A DNA stretch of 64,000 nucleotides, taken from positions 73,575 through 137,574 of the forward strand of contig CACFSX010000001.1 in NCBI GenBank assembly GCA_902569095.1, read 5' to 3'. The notes beneath the pieces are model-generated. The model was given only the letters and a program-made list of their open reading frames with translations, was not told the DNA's origin and made no database searches. Origin of the DNA: an uncultured Alphaproteobacteria bacterium. GTDB lineage: Bacteria > Pseudomonadota > Alphaproteobacteria > Methylaequorales > Methylaequoraceae. A program made the position numbers and the translations under genes. This document shows, in pieces, positions 9,481 through 18,549 of the stretch; within the stretch, counting starts at the first letter, position 1; each line of letters opens with the position of its first letter.

Positions 9481-11463
9481 ATGAATAAAGTTAAAGACAA
9501 ACCGTGGATGATAAGAACTTATGCTGGACATTCCTCGGCCTCAGCATCAAACAGACTATACAGAGAAAATTTAAAAAAAGGTCAGACAGGCTTATCTGTT
9601 GCTTTCGATTTACCTACTCAGACAGGATATGATTCAGATCACATTCTTTCAAAAGGTGAGGTTGGAAAGGTAGGTGTACCAATTAGCCATGTTGGAAACA
9701 TGCAAACTCTCTTTAATAGAATACCTTTAGAAAAAATGAACACTTCAATGACTATCAACGCACCAGCTCCTTGGTTGCTGGCGTTATATATTGCAACAGC
9801 TGAAAAGCAAGGAGTTGACAAAAAGCTTCTTGCTGGCACCACACAAAATGACATCACAAAAGAATATTTATCAAGAGGTACTTACATTTTTCCCCCTGAA
9901 CCTAGTTTAAAGCTAACTACAGATGTTATCAAATATACAACCAGAGAAATACCCAAATGGAATCCAATAAACATTTGCTCATATCACCTTCAAGAGGCTG
10001 GAGCAACACCTGAGCAAGAATTATCTTTTGCTTTGGCCACTGCAATTGGAGTTTTAGAATACTTACACCATTCTGAAAAAATTGAAAAAACTCTTTTTGA
10101 AAAGATTGTAGGTAGAATAAGTTTTTTTGTTAATTCAGGAATGCGATTTGTTACAGAAACAGCAAAGATGGCTTCTTTCACAGAACTTTGGAACGAAATA
10201 TGTTTGAAAAGGTTTAAAATTTCAGATCCAAAGTATAGAAGATTTAGGTATGGTATGCAAGTTAATTCCCTCGGCTTAACTGAATTACAACCTGAAAATA
10301 ATGTTTATAGAATTTTAATTCAAATGCTTCCAGTTGTTATAGCAAAAAATTCCAGAGCAAGAGCAGTTCAACTTCCAGCCTGGAATGAGGCTCTTGGTCT
10401 TCCTAGACCATGGGACCAACAATGGAGCCTTAGGCTACAACAAATAATGGCATATGAAACAGATTTGTTGGAATTTTCAGATATATTTGAAGGCTCAAAA
10501 GTGTTGAGAGAAAAAATTAAACTTTTGAAAAAATCTGCTCACAATCAGTTATCTAAAATAGATAAAATTGGAGGGTTGATTCCAGCCATTGAAAGTGGCT
10601 ATCTTAAAAGTCAATTAGTAGAATCACAAACGAACAGACAAAAAAATATAGAACAAGGAGAACAAAAAGTTGTTGGTGTAAACTGTTTTTCAGAGGGAGA
10701 AATTTCGCCTCTAGTAAATGAAAAGGATGGTGGATTTATGAAAGTGAATGATGAAGCCGAGAAATCTCAAATTAATAATGTAAAAAATTGGAAAGAAAAA
10801 AGAAATAATAAAAAAGTTCTGCTGTGTCTTAAAAAATTAAAGGAAGTTGCCACTGATGGTGGAAATATAATGAAAGTTTCCATTGATTGTGCTCATCATG
10901 GTGTAACAACAGGCGAATGGTCAAATGTTATGCGAGAAGTATTTGGAGAATACAGAGCTCCAACAGGGATAGTATCATCGCATATTGCGAAAACCAGATC
11001 GAAAAACTCAGAAATACATGATATTCAAAAAGAAATTAATAAAATAACTTCCGGACTTAAAAGACGACCTAAAATGTTAGTTGGAAAACCTGGTCTAGAT
11101 GGTCACTCCAATGGAGCAGAACAAATAGCTGTTAGAGCCAGAGATGTCGGCTTTGAAGTAGTTTACGATGGAATAAGATCAACACCAGAACAACTCGTGG
11201 TTGCAGCAATAGAAGAGGGAGTTCACATAATTGGTTTGTCTATACTCTCTGGATCGCACGTTCATCTTGTCAAAGTCATAATGAACCTTTTGAAAAAGAA
11301 TAATTTTTCAAAAATCCCTGTTATTGTTGGAGGAATAATTCCTCCCTCTGATGAAAGGAAATTAAAGTCTTTTGGAGTAAAAGAAGTTTTTACTCCAAAA
11401 GACTTTAAAATTGAAGAAATAATGAAACAAATAACTAAAATCATTAAAAAGACATATCAATAA
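9481..11463 (+). CDS. ecm: adenosylcobalamin-dependent acyl-CoA mutase, probably ethylmalonyl-CoA mutase (MeaA/Ecm type)
   Basis: 660 aa single-chain mutase. KPWMIRTYAGHSSASASN...GQTGLSVAFDLPTQTGYDSDH N-terminus and a C-terminal B12-binding domain with DGHSNG (DxHxxG). Divergent from mcd-ccr. Confidence 0.8.
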   Translation: MNKVKDKPWMIRTYAGHSSASASNRLYRENLKKGQTGLSVAFDLPTQTGYDSDHILSKGEVGKVGVPISHVGNMQTLFNRIPLEKMNTSMTINAPAPWLLALYIATAEKQGVDKKLLAGTTQNDITKEYLSRGTYIFPPEPSLKLTTDVIKYTTREIPKWNPINICSYHLQEAGATPEQELSFALATAIGVLEYLHHSEKIEKTLFEKIVGRISFFVNSGMRFVTETAKMASFTELWNEICLKRFKISDPKYRRFRYGMQVNSLGLTELQPENNVYRILIQMLPVVIAKNSRARAVQLPAWNEALGLPRPWDQQWSLRLQQIMAYETDLLEFSDIFEGSKVLREKIKLLKKSAHNQLSKIDKIGGLIPAIESGYLKSQLVESQTNRQKNIEQGEQKVVGVNCFSEGEISPLVNEKDGGFMKVNDEAEKSQINNVKNWKEKRNNKKVLLCLKKLKEVATDGGNIMKVSIDCAHHGVTTGEWSNVMREVFGEYRAPTGIVSSHIAKTRSKNSEIHDIQKEINKITSGLKRRPKMLVGKPGLDGHSNGAEQIAVRARDVGFEVVYDGIRSTPEQLVVAAIEEGVHIIGLSILSGSHVHLVKVIMNLLKKNNFSKIPVIVGGIIPPSDERKLKSFGVKEVFTPKDFKIEEIMKQITKIIKKTYQ

Positions 11464-11573
11464 ATGAGTAAAAAAAAACTTTAGATTTAGCTCTTCATAT
11501 ACTAAAACAGATAAATAACTTTGATCTTTCAGAATATATCCCAATAAAGTATAATGATAAAAATATTGGATGG

Positions 11574-12326
11574 GTGCACACCTCAACATTAAACGACATC
11601 CCTAACATTAAAGTTCCGTGTAAACATGTGAATATCAGTAAAATAATTGATTTTTCAAATCATTCTAATTTAAGAAAAAAAGAGGCTGAATACTGCCCAA
11701 TTTTTAATTTTGAATCATTAAAACCAAAGCTAAAGTTCAATCACAAAAAAAAATTTTGTAGTGGAAGAAGATTCATTATAGCAAGAAAATTTCTATCGAA
11801 ATTTGGATTTCCAGCATATGGGGTACACTGTAACGTGTGGAGTAGATTTAAGAATTCAACAATTATTCATCTTGCAAAAAGATCTTATAAACTAGACAAA
11901 TTCCCAGGATTTTATGATAATTTAATTGCTGGTGGTCAACCAATAGATTTATCAATTGAGCAAAATTTTTATAAGGAAGCATTTGAAGAAGCTGGGTTAA
12001 ATCAAAAACAAGTTTCCCGCGCCAAAAAAAGTTCCACTGTACATTATCAACATAATGAAAAGACAAATTTCAATTCAGCAATTATATTTAATTATCATTT
12101 AGAAAAATGTGTGGATATGAAATTTTCAAATCAAGACGGAGAGGTAGAAAGTTTTTTTTCGATTGAACTTACCAATCTTTACAAGATTTTAGAAAAAAAT
12201 TCTTTGAAAGCAAATTGTGTAATTCCATTGATTGATTTTTTTATATTAAAAGAAAGTGATTTTATTCCAAAAAGCGTTATCGTTGAAATAAAAAAATTGT
12301 TTAATAAAAATGAAAGAAAACTTTAA
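11574..12326 (+). CDS. NUDIX-domain protein; the annotated GTG start is probably not the true N-terminus (see finding on the A9 tract)
   Basis: 250 aa. Degenerate Nudix box GGQPIDLSIEQNFYKEAFEEAGL. The same frame is open but lacks any start codon for 32 codons upstream. Confidence 0.6.
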   Translation: MHTSTLNDIPNIKVPCKHVNISKIIDFSNHSNLRKKEAEYCPIFNFESLKPKLKFNHKKKFCSGRRFIIARKFLSKFGFPAYGVHCNVWSRFKNSTIIHLAKRSYKLDKFPGFYDNLIAGGQPIDLSIEQNFYKEAFEEAGLNQKQVSRAKKSSTVHYQHNEKTNFNSAIIFNYHLEKCVDMKFSNQDGEVESFFSIELTNLYKILEKNSLKANCVIPLIDFFILKESDFIPKSVIVEIKKLFNKNERKL

Positions 12327-12963
12327 CGGACAAATTCTGCTGCCAGAAGAAAATGAAGTTAAAAATGCAATCGTATTCCTTCATGGCTATGGTGCAAACG
12401 CAGAGGATCTTATTAATATAGGTCAAGAGTGGAAACAAGAACTGCCATCTACAGCTTTTATTTCTCCAAATGCTCCTTTTAAATGTGAGTGGGGAGAAAA
12501 TGCTTATCAATGGTTTGATCTCACGTCAATTGCTCCTGAAAAAATTGGTGAAGGTTTAAAAAAAGCAGGTCCGTATCTTACCAGTTTAATAGAAGACATT
12601 AAAAGAGAATATTCTTTAGTTGATTCTCAAATTGCTTTTTTTGGATTTTCCCAAGGAGCAATGATGGGCTTGTATCATTTGTGTAAAAGAAAGCAGAGTT
12701 GTGCTGGGTTATTGGCTTACTCAGGACTTCTTTTTGAGGATAAAGAGTTTGAAAATGAAGTTTCATCTAAATTCCCAGTAAGAATTTTTCACGGCAAAGA
12801 TGATGAAGTAATACATTATGAGAATTCATTAAACTCTTATAACAAACTAAAAAAAATAGGTTTCTCTGTAGATCATCATATTCAAGAAAACCTTGGTCAT
12901 GGCATTGATAGATTTGGTCTAAAATTCGGTAATGATTTTTTAAAAAAAATTTTAAAAGTTTAA
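12310..12963 (+). CDS. alpha/beta hydrolase, phospholipase/carboxylesterase family
   Basis: 217 aa. LHGYGAN, nucleophile elbow GFSQGA, and a late HG..D and His pattern. Confidence 0.75.
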   Translation: MKENFNGQILLPEENEVKNAIVFLHGYGANAEDLINIGQEWKQELPSTAFISPNAPFKCEWGENAYQWFDLTSIAPEKIGEGLKKAGPYLTSLIEDIKREYSLVDSQIAFFGFSQGAMMGLYHLCKRKQSCAGLLAYSGLLFEDKEFENEVSSKFPVRIFHGKDDEVIHYENSLNSYNKLKKIGFSVDHHIQENLGHGIDRFGLKFGNDFLKKILKV

Positions 12964-13003
12964 ATTCTTTGTTTATTCACAATATAATAATAAAATAAGT
13001 TTT

Positions 13004-13564
13004 ATGAGTTTAGTTTCTAATAAATGCCCCGCACTTGTTCTTAATGCAGACTATCAACCATTAAGTTATTTTCCATTATCCACTTGGTCGTGGAAAAATG
13101 CACTTAAGGCCGTCTTTCTGGATAGGGTAAATGTTGTATCTGAATACAATCAGGTAGTTAGATCGCCCTCCACATCATTAAGACTTCCTAGTGTCGTATC
13201 TTTAAAAGACTATATTCCACTTCCAGAAAAAGCTGCATTTACAAGATTTAACGTTTTTTTGAGAGACAAATTTTTGTGTCAGTACTGTTCTAAGAGTTTT
13301 AAAGTTGAGGAATTAACTTTTGATCATGTTATACCCAAATCTAAAGGTGGTAAAACTACATGGGATAATGTTGTGACATCTTGCAGAGTTTGCAACACCA
13401 TGAAGGGAAATAAATCTCTAAAAAAAATTGGAGTTAAACTTAAATCTAGTCCACATACACCAAATAACTTCGAACTCAAAGAAATTGGAAGAATGTTTCC
13501 TCCAAATTTCCTTCACCAAAGCTGGAATGATTTTTTGTATTGGGATTCAGAGCTTGAACCCTAA
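13004..13564 (+). CDS. HNH endonuclease family protein
   Basis: 186 aa. CQYC...FDHVIPKSKGGKTTWDNVVTSCRVCNTMKGN (HNH/zinc-hook motif). Confidence 0.8.
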   Translation: MSLVSNKCPALVLNADYQPLSYFPLSTWSWKNALKAVFLDRVNVVSEYNQVVRSPSTSLRLPSVVSLKDYIPLPEKAAFTRFNVFLRDKFLCQYCSKSFKVEELTFDHVIPKSKGGKTTWDNVVTSCRVCNTMKGNKSLKKIGVKLKSSPHTPNNFELKEIGRMFPPNFLHQSWNDFLYWDSELEP

Positions 13565-14085
13565 ATTTTTTTTGAGAGCCTAATAGCTAACCTGGTCAGA
13601 TTTTTTGTAAAACCTTTAAAAAGATCTACAATTTGATCACTTTGATTAGATTGTTCTGCAAATGATCTATGTTCATCTTCATCTGCGCAAAATTTCTTTA
13701 TTTTTTTTAGCAATTCCTTTTCCACGCCAAGACTTTCCAAGTATTTTATTTGTGCATTATAATGACCAACAATTACTTCTTCTACTGCTTCTGTACAAGC
13801 GTGAACATACTTTTCTCCCAGCAGCGATGTTACTGCACCTAAGAAATATCCTCCGTGATGCCAAATTGGACTTAAAACCGTTGGTCTAGTTCTTTTCTTT
13901 AACATTGTCTTGTCAAAATAATCGTAATGTTCAAATTCTTCAGCAATTATTGTTTCAAGTTTTTTCTTTAACTTTTTTTCTTTGCAGAACTTTATCTGTC
14001 CCGAATAAATTCTTTGAGCCCCATACTCTCCTGCATGATTGACTCTAATAATCTCATCAATTGTTTTTTGAAGATTTGTTTTCAT
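13561..14085 (-). CDS. coq7: demethoxyubiquinone hydroxylase (Coq7 family di-iron protein)
   Basis: 174 aa. RVNHAGEYGAQRIY and repeated E..H di-iron ligand motifs (EEFEH, EDEH). Confidence 0.85.
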   Translation of the reverse strand: MKTNLQKTIDEIIRVNHAGEYGAQRIYSGQIKFCKEKKLKKKLETIIAEEFEHYDYFDKTMLKKRTRPTVLSPIWHHGGYFLGAVTSLLGEKYVHACTEAVEEVIVGHYNAQIKYLESLGVEKELLKKIKKFCADEDEHRSFAEQSNQSDQIVDLFKGFTKNLTRLAIRLSKKI

Positions 14086-14584
14086 GTTTCGTAAAGATAT
14101 AATAGCTTAACGTAATTAGTAAAGCTGAAATTATAAAGTTTAAATTTGCAAGAGACAAACCCAAGATTGAGAAAGATATTTCATCACATTTTATTAATGG
14201 TGTTGCCTCGAGGAAATTTCTCAAATCCTCTATATTGTCAATATCACTCCCAGTAGACGTGCATCCAATATCAAATTCAATTAATTTTCTTTCAACTAGA
14301 GAATGAAAACCCGAAATCATAAAAGTTGAAAAGAAACATATAAGAGCAATTAATTTTAATTGAATTTTTTTTATTTTTAACGACAACAATGATATCAATA
14401 ATAATAAAAAATATGGCCATCTTTGGTATTCACAGAGATTACAAGGAGGGTGATTAAAAAATAATTCCAAAACATATGCAGATATTAAAATCAAAGATGA
14501 AACTATGAAGACAATCACAAAATATTTTTTTTCAACAAGCCTTATGAAATTTTTTCTATCGATTTTCGTTAATGAGAAGGACAT
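14057..14584 (-). CDS. disulfide bond formation protein B family
   Basis: 175 aa with four TM segments, CNLCEYQRWPYF in the first periplasmic loop and a second Cys pair (C...C) later. Confidence 0.7.
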   Translation of the reverse strand: MSFSLTKIDRKNFIRLVEKKYFVIVFIVSSLILISAYVLELFFNHPPCNLCEYQRWPYFLLLLISLLSLKIKKIQLKLIALICFFSTFMISGFHSLVERKLIEFDIGCTSTGSDIDNIEDLRNFLEATPLIKCDEISFSILGLSLANLNFIISALLITLSYYIFTKHENKSSKNN

Positions 14585-14770
14585 AAATATCGTATTTAGT
14601 TGATTGACGTTTGAGTTAAAATAAAAAATTTATTTATGACAAAACTTTAACAAAATATATATAAAAAATAAGTTCCTATCCACCTAAAAAAGTCATACCA
14701 AATTTTAAAACAATTTTAAAGAAACATATCAAGATATAATTTCAAATTTTCAATTAAAAATTATTTAAAT

Positions 14771-15367
14771 TTACGACATAACATCTGTTAACTTTAAAAA
14801 AATTAAAATAATTAATATAACTAAAAGTATCATAGTAATCTTTTTCATATTATCTTTTATTAAATCAAGAGCTTTATTCCCGTACTTTGCAATAAAATAA
14901 GCAACAAGAATAAATCTTGAAAATCTGGAAACAAAAGATAAAAACATAAATGAAAAAAAATTAATCCCCAGTACTCCAGAGGCAAAGCAAGTTATCTTAA
15001 ATGGAAACGGAGAAAAGCCACCGATAAGAATTATTAGGTATCCAATTTCCTCGAATTTTTCATTGAAGTCTTCAACAGAGGAAAAAATTTTAGGTGATTT
15101 GACAAATAAGAAACTTGAAATTTCTTGATAAAAGACACTACCTAATAAATAAGTAATACCTCCTCCAACTACTGAAAAAGTAGAAGTAATTAAAACTAAT
15201 TTATAAAACTTTTTTTGTGCTAAAACATAAGGTATAAAAAAAGGGTCGGTGGGAAGGGGGAAAAAAATTGATTCGATAAATGCTATGAAATATAGAAATC
15301 CGTTGCTTTTAGTATTTTTAAAAAATTTGGTAAATTTTTCATAATAAAATGAAATTATTTGTTTCAC
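14771..15367 (-). CDS. YqaA/DedA-superfamily membrane protein
   Basis: 198 aa polytopic protein with an ESIFFPLPTDPFFIPYVL motif. Confidence 0.6.
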   Translation of the reverse strand: MKQIISFYYEKFTKFFKNTKSNGFLYFIAFIESIFFPLPTDPFFIPYVLAQKKFYKLVLITSTFSVVGGGITYLLGSVFYQEISSFLFVKSPKIFSSVEDFNEKFEEIGYLIILIGGFSPFPFKITCFASGVLGINFFSFMFLSFVSRFSRFILVAYFIAKYGNKALDLIKDNMKKITMILLVILIILIFLKLTDVMS

Positions 15368-15499
15368 GATCTTAATATATCATCTTTTTTAATGGGTTTA
15401 AAAACCATATTATCATAGATAAATATTCATTAATATTGTACCATTTCAAAATATAAATATTCAAAAAGCAAAGCTTTATAAAATAACCTAAATTCACAA

Positions 15500-15586
15500 G
15501 CCCCTATGGCGGAATTGGTAGACGCGACGGATTCAAAATCCGTTGAACTTCGGTTCATGTCCGTTCGAGTCGGACTAGGGGTACCA
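15500..15586 (+). tRNA. tRNA-Leu (anticodon CAA)
   Basis: Hand-folded. Acceptor gccccta/taggggt (G1-U72), anticodon arm acgga-ttCAAaa-tccgt, long variable arm tgaac-ttcg-gttca, T arm gtccg-ttcgagt-cggac, discriminator A, encoded CCA. Confidence 0.9.
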
Positions 15587-15590
15587 TTAT

Positions 15591-16745
15591 TTAAAAGTTT
15601 CTGAGCCTTTTCGGATTTAGCATCAAAATACTTGACGAAATCATGCAAGAAATGGCCAAAAAAATTGAGCTCTTGTAGTTATTTTCTAAATCAATGAGCA
15701 TACCGGAAACATATGGTCCAATTATTTGACCAACACTAAACGCAGTGGTCATAATAGCGACGGAAATATTAACATTCCCAATGAATCTTTTTTTCCCTTC
15801 AACTAAAATTAATGCAACGGATCCAGGAACGCCTAAACCGTATAGTAAACAAGCAAGAAAAAAGTAACTAACATTGTTAAAAAGTAAAAATGCAACACCA
15901 AGAGTAACTGTCGAACAAGAAAAAAATAATAACAAATCTGTGCTAATTTTTGTAGATAACCAATTCCAAAGTAAAACCGAAGGAATTGCAAATAATCCTA
16001 CTATTATCCATGACATATACTGATAAAAAGAAATTTCAAATGAATTTATAGCTATTGCACTTATAAACGTTCCGAAAATTATATAACCAATGCCAAAGAA
16101 AAAATATCCCAATGAAATTACAATAAAATTTATTTGCAGTTTACTTTTAACTGAATTTCTATCTTCGTTTTTATAATCTAATTTCTGAGGGATAAAAATA
16201 ATAATTCCGGTACATAGTAATGCTCCAATCAAACCTACAAAAATCCATTGGTGAGTCCATAGAAGATCTACGGTTGAAATTATCCATACAACTGCAGTTC
16301 CAATAACTATGCCCAAACCAATCCCAGAAAAGTGATAAAGTTGTAAGGTTTTGTTTAAAGATTCTTTAAAGAAATTAAACATCAATGATATTGTGTAAAC
16401 AAAACTTAGCGCACTTGAAATCCCACATAAAAATCTTAACGTACAAAATATCCTTAAATCTGTGGTACATCCCATTAAAAAAATTGTAACCACAGAAATA
16501 ATTGAAGAAAAAATAATCATTTTTCTGAAATTATTATATTTCCAAATAATTGGGATTATTGATCCAATGAGATAACCAAAATAGTTAAATGAGGATATCA
16601 TCCCCATATTTGTTGAATTTAGATATAACTCATTTTGCATATTGGGCAATATAGGTGTGTATATAAATCTTCCAAAACCGATAGCTATTAAGGTCGAAAA
16701 AATACCTGCCATAATAACATTAAAATTTACCTTTGAAAATTTCAT
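15591..16745 (-). CDS. MFS transporter (YbfB/YjiJ-like)
   Basis: 384 aa with ~12 predicted TM segments. The stop codon lies only 5 nt from the tRNA-Leu CCA end. Confidence 0.6.
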   Translation of the reverse strand: MKFSKVNFNVIMAGIFSTLIAIGFGRFIYTPILPNMQNELYLNSTNMGMISSFNYFGYLIGSIIPIIWKYNNFRKMIIFSSIISVVTIFLMGCTTDLRIFCTLRFLCGISSALSFVYTISLMFNFFKESLNKTLQLYHFSGIGLGIVIGTAVVWIISTVDLLWTHQWIFVGLIGALLCTGIIIFIPQKLDYKNEDRNSVKSKLQINFIVISLGYFFFGIGYIIFGTFISAIAINSFEISFYQYMSWIIVGLFAIPSVLLWNWLSTKISTDLLLFFSCSTVTLGVAFLLFNNVSYFFLACLLYGLGVPGSVALILVEGKKRFIGNVNISVAIMTTAFSVGQIIGPYVSGMLIDLENNYKSSIFLAISCMISSSILMLNPKRLRNF

Positions 16746-16768
16746 CTGGGTATTAAATTAATATATAT

Positions 16769-17557
16769 ATGAGAATAAATAAATATTGTTGGTTTTTTAG
16801 TTTTTCTATAAAATTATTTTCAGTATTTACTATAATATATCTTGCCTTTTCATTTCCTATTAAAGCTCATCACAAAATAGATAATCCAACAATAAAATTT
16901 TCTGAATCCCCAGACATAAGAAATTTTTTTTTTGAATGGAGGGGGCATATAAATCTTGATAGAAAAAAAGAAAATCATGAAACGTATCATCAAGTATTAG
17001 AATTCGTTAAAGGATGGAACAAACGCTATGAGACAGACTTTGAATTACATATTGCTGATTTAAAAAATAGCTCATTAGCAATTCCAAAAGTAAAATTTCA
17101 AAACAAATATAATTTTATTAATAACAAAAATTTTCTATTCTCAACTTTTTTTTCATTTAATTTAGCCACTGAGAAAAATAGTTCAGATCAAATAGAATAT
17201 AAATTTCTATTTCAAAATAAATTTAAGTATTTTGTTTTTAATAATGGTTTTGGTTTTTATAAAAATATCAATGGGAAAGATTCAAAAAACACGGTTCTAA
17301 AATATTTTCCATTAATTTACTTTAAAAAACCTATTATATCCGATGTTCATTTGGCAATCGCAGGAAGTAGTGATTTCGGGAAAATTTCAAAGTTTAGTAC
17401 ATACACTAATCAAAAACATCAATACGGACTTGGGATTAAAAAAACTTTTCAAAAAAATACTCCACGTGAAATTGATTTAACAATTGCATATTTAAAGGGT
17501 CTGAATTCAGAGTCATTTGATCAATCACTTATTTGGTATGTAAATAAATCATTCTAA
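16769..17557 (+). CDS. hypothetical exported protein, possibly an outer-membrane beta-barrel
   Basis: 262 aa. N-terminal signal-like segment, alternating aromatic/polar pattern, C-terminal ...WYVNKSF ending in Phe. I recognise no family. Confidence 0.4.
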   Translation: MRINKYCWFFSFSIKLFSVFTIIYLAFSFPIKAHHKIDNPTIKFSESPDIRNFFFEWRGHINLDRKKENHETYHQVLEFVKGWNKRYETDFELHIADLKNSSLAIPKVKFQNKYNFINNKNFLFSTFFSFNLATEKNSSDQIEYKFLFQNKFKYFVFNNGFGFYKNINGKDSKNTVLKYFPLIYFKKPIISDVHLAIAGSSDFGKISKFSTYTNQKHQYGLGIKKTFQKNTPREIDLTIAYLKGLNSESFDQSLIWYVNKSF

Positions 17558-17963
17558 TTATTATTCAATTATTTATAACAGAGTTTGTGTCCATCCAGGT
17601 AGAATATATAGACTGCATCTCAATCAATTTCGCACTAGCGGTGTTGGAGATTGATTAAAATAACATAAACAATTTAAAGTTTTTTTTTACTTTCCGAGAA
17701 TTCATCCTAGAAAAATGTCAAATTCTCTAATATAAAAAAACTAATACATGAAACATAAACTTTATAAACCCTTAAAAATTATTTTTGGTGTATTCGTAGT
17801 TGATAGTTGGTTCGAAAGTTTTGAATAAATTAAAGTAGGGACAAACTGAGGGTATTTGAACTACTGCTATGCAGTACCACAAAACAATTTAAATTTAAAA
17901 TTTTTTATCTCATAATATCTTTAAACTTCTTGTAAAATATTTTTTCAATGTAATACTAATATT

Positions 17964-18470
17964 ATGAATCTGATCTTTGTAATTGTTATTCTGTTGTTTT
18001 CTTTTAATTTAAATGCATCATGCAAGTTTAAAAATTCAACTTCAAATGATGAAGTTAAATATACTATTCAGAAATCTATAAATGTTGATGACATTGAAGG
18101 TCATGTTATTAGAATTTTCAAAACCGAAACCAATCATAAAAAATCAAAAAAAAATTGTGAAGGTCTTAGGATAGTCAAAACAGATTTTTATGGTATTAGT
18201 GATTACATTAACAAAAACGGAAGGGTAACTGGCTATTCAATTGGAATTTACGACGATGGTAGCAAAATTTTCTCTCGAGTTGATGGTGTTGCTCAAACCC
18301 CAGAAGACGTTAGTAAAAATGGTCTTGTTAATACTTCAATTACAATTACGGGAGGAACTGGGATCTACAAAGGAGTAATTGGCTATGGTAAAGGACAAGT
18401 AGAATTTAATCCCGAAACAGGCTACTCCGCTGGGAATACCGAAACATTTTACACAATCTCAGTAAAATAA
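17964..18470 (+). CDS. hypothetical secreted protein
   Basis: 168 aa with a signal peptide (MNLIFVIVILLFSFNLNAS). The C-terminal ITGGTGIYKGV motif resembles dirigent/AOC-barrel-like folds, but the assignment is weak. Confidence 0.4.
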   Translation: MNLIFVIVILLFSFNLNASCKFKNSTSNDEVKYTIQKSINVDDIEGHVIRIFKTETNHKKSKKNCEGLRIVKTDFYGISDYINKNGRVTGYSIGIYDDGSKIFSRVDGVAQTPEDVSKNGLVNTSITITGGTGIYKGVIGYGKGQVEFNPETGYSAGNTETFYTISVK

Positions 18471-18477
18471 AACGGAA

Positions 18478-18549
18478 TGGCTGAGGGGATTTGAACTCCT
18501 TACATCCAGTTCTACAAACTAGCGCTCTAACAAACTGAGCTTCAGTTAG
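18478..18549 (-). pseudogene. degenerate tRNA-like element (GUA anticodon, broken acceptor stem)
   Basis: The minus strand shows a D arm gctc/gagc, anticodon arm ctagt-ttGTAga-actgg and T arm aggag-ttcaaat-cccct. However, the acceptor pairs at only 4 of 7 positions, there is no G18G19 and no CCA, and the short variable loop does not fit a bacterial tRNA-Tyr. Confidence 0.4.

Noticed and set aside
15430-15648. 72-aa minus-strand ORF in the track
   Set aside because: It lies antisense across the whole tRNA-Leu gene and its flanks. The tRNA fold explains this sequence, so the ORF is spurious.
17616-17655. Relatively GC-rich imperfect hairpin (catctcaa...ttggagattg enclosing cgc-acta-gcg) downstream of the 262-aa gene, considered as a terminator or riboswitch
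   Set aside because: The stem needs two bulges, the inner stem is only 3-4 bp, no U-tract follows, and I recognise no riboswitch consensus.
17787-17820. Plus-strand string ...gtagttgatagttGGTTCGAAagtt... resembling a tRNA T-loop
   Set aside because: No complementary T-stem, acceptor or anticodon arm can be drawn around it, so it is not a tRNA. It may still be debris from one.
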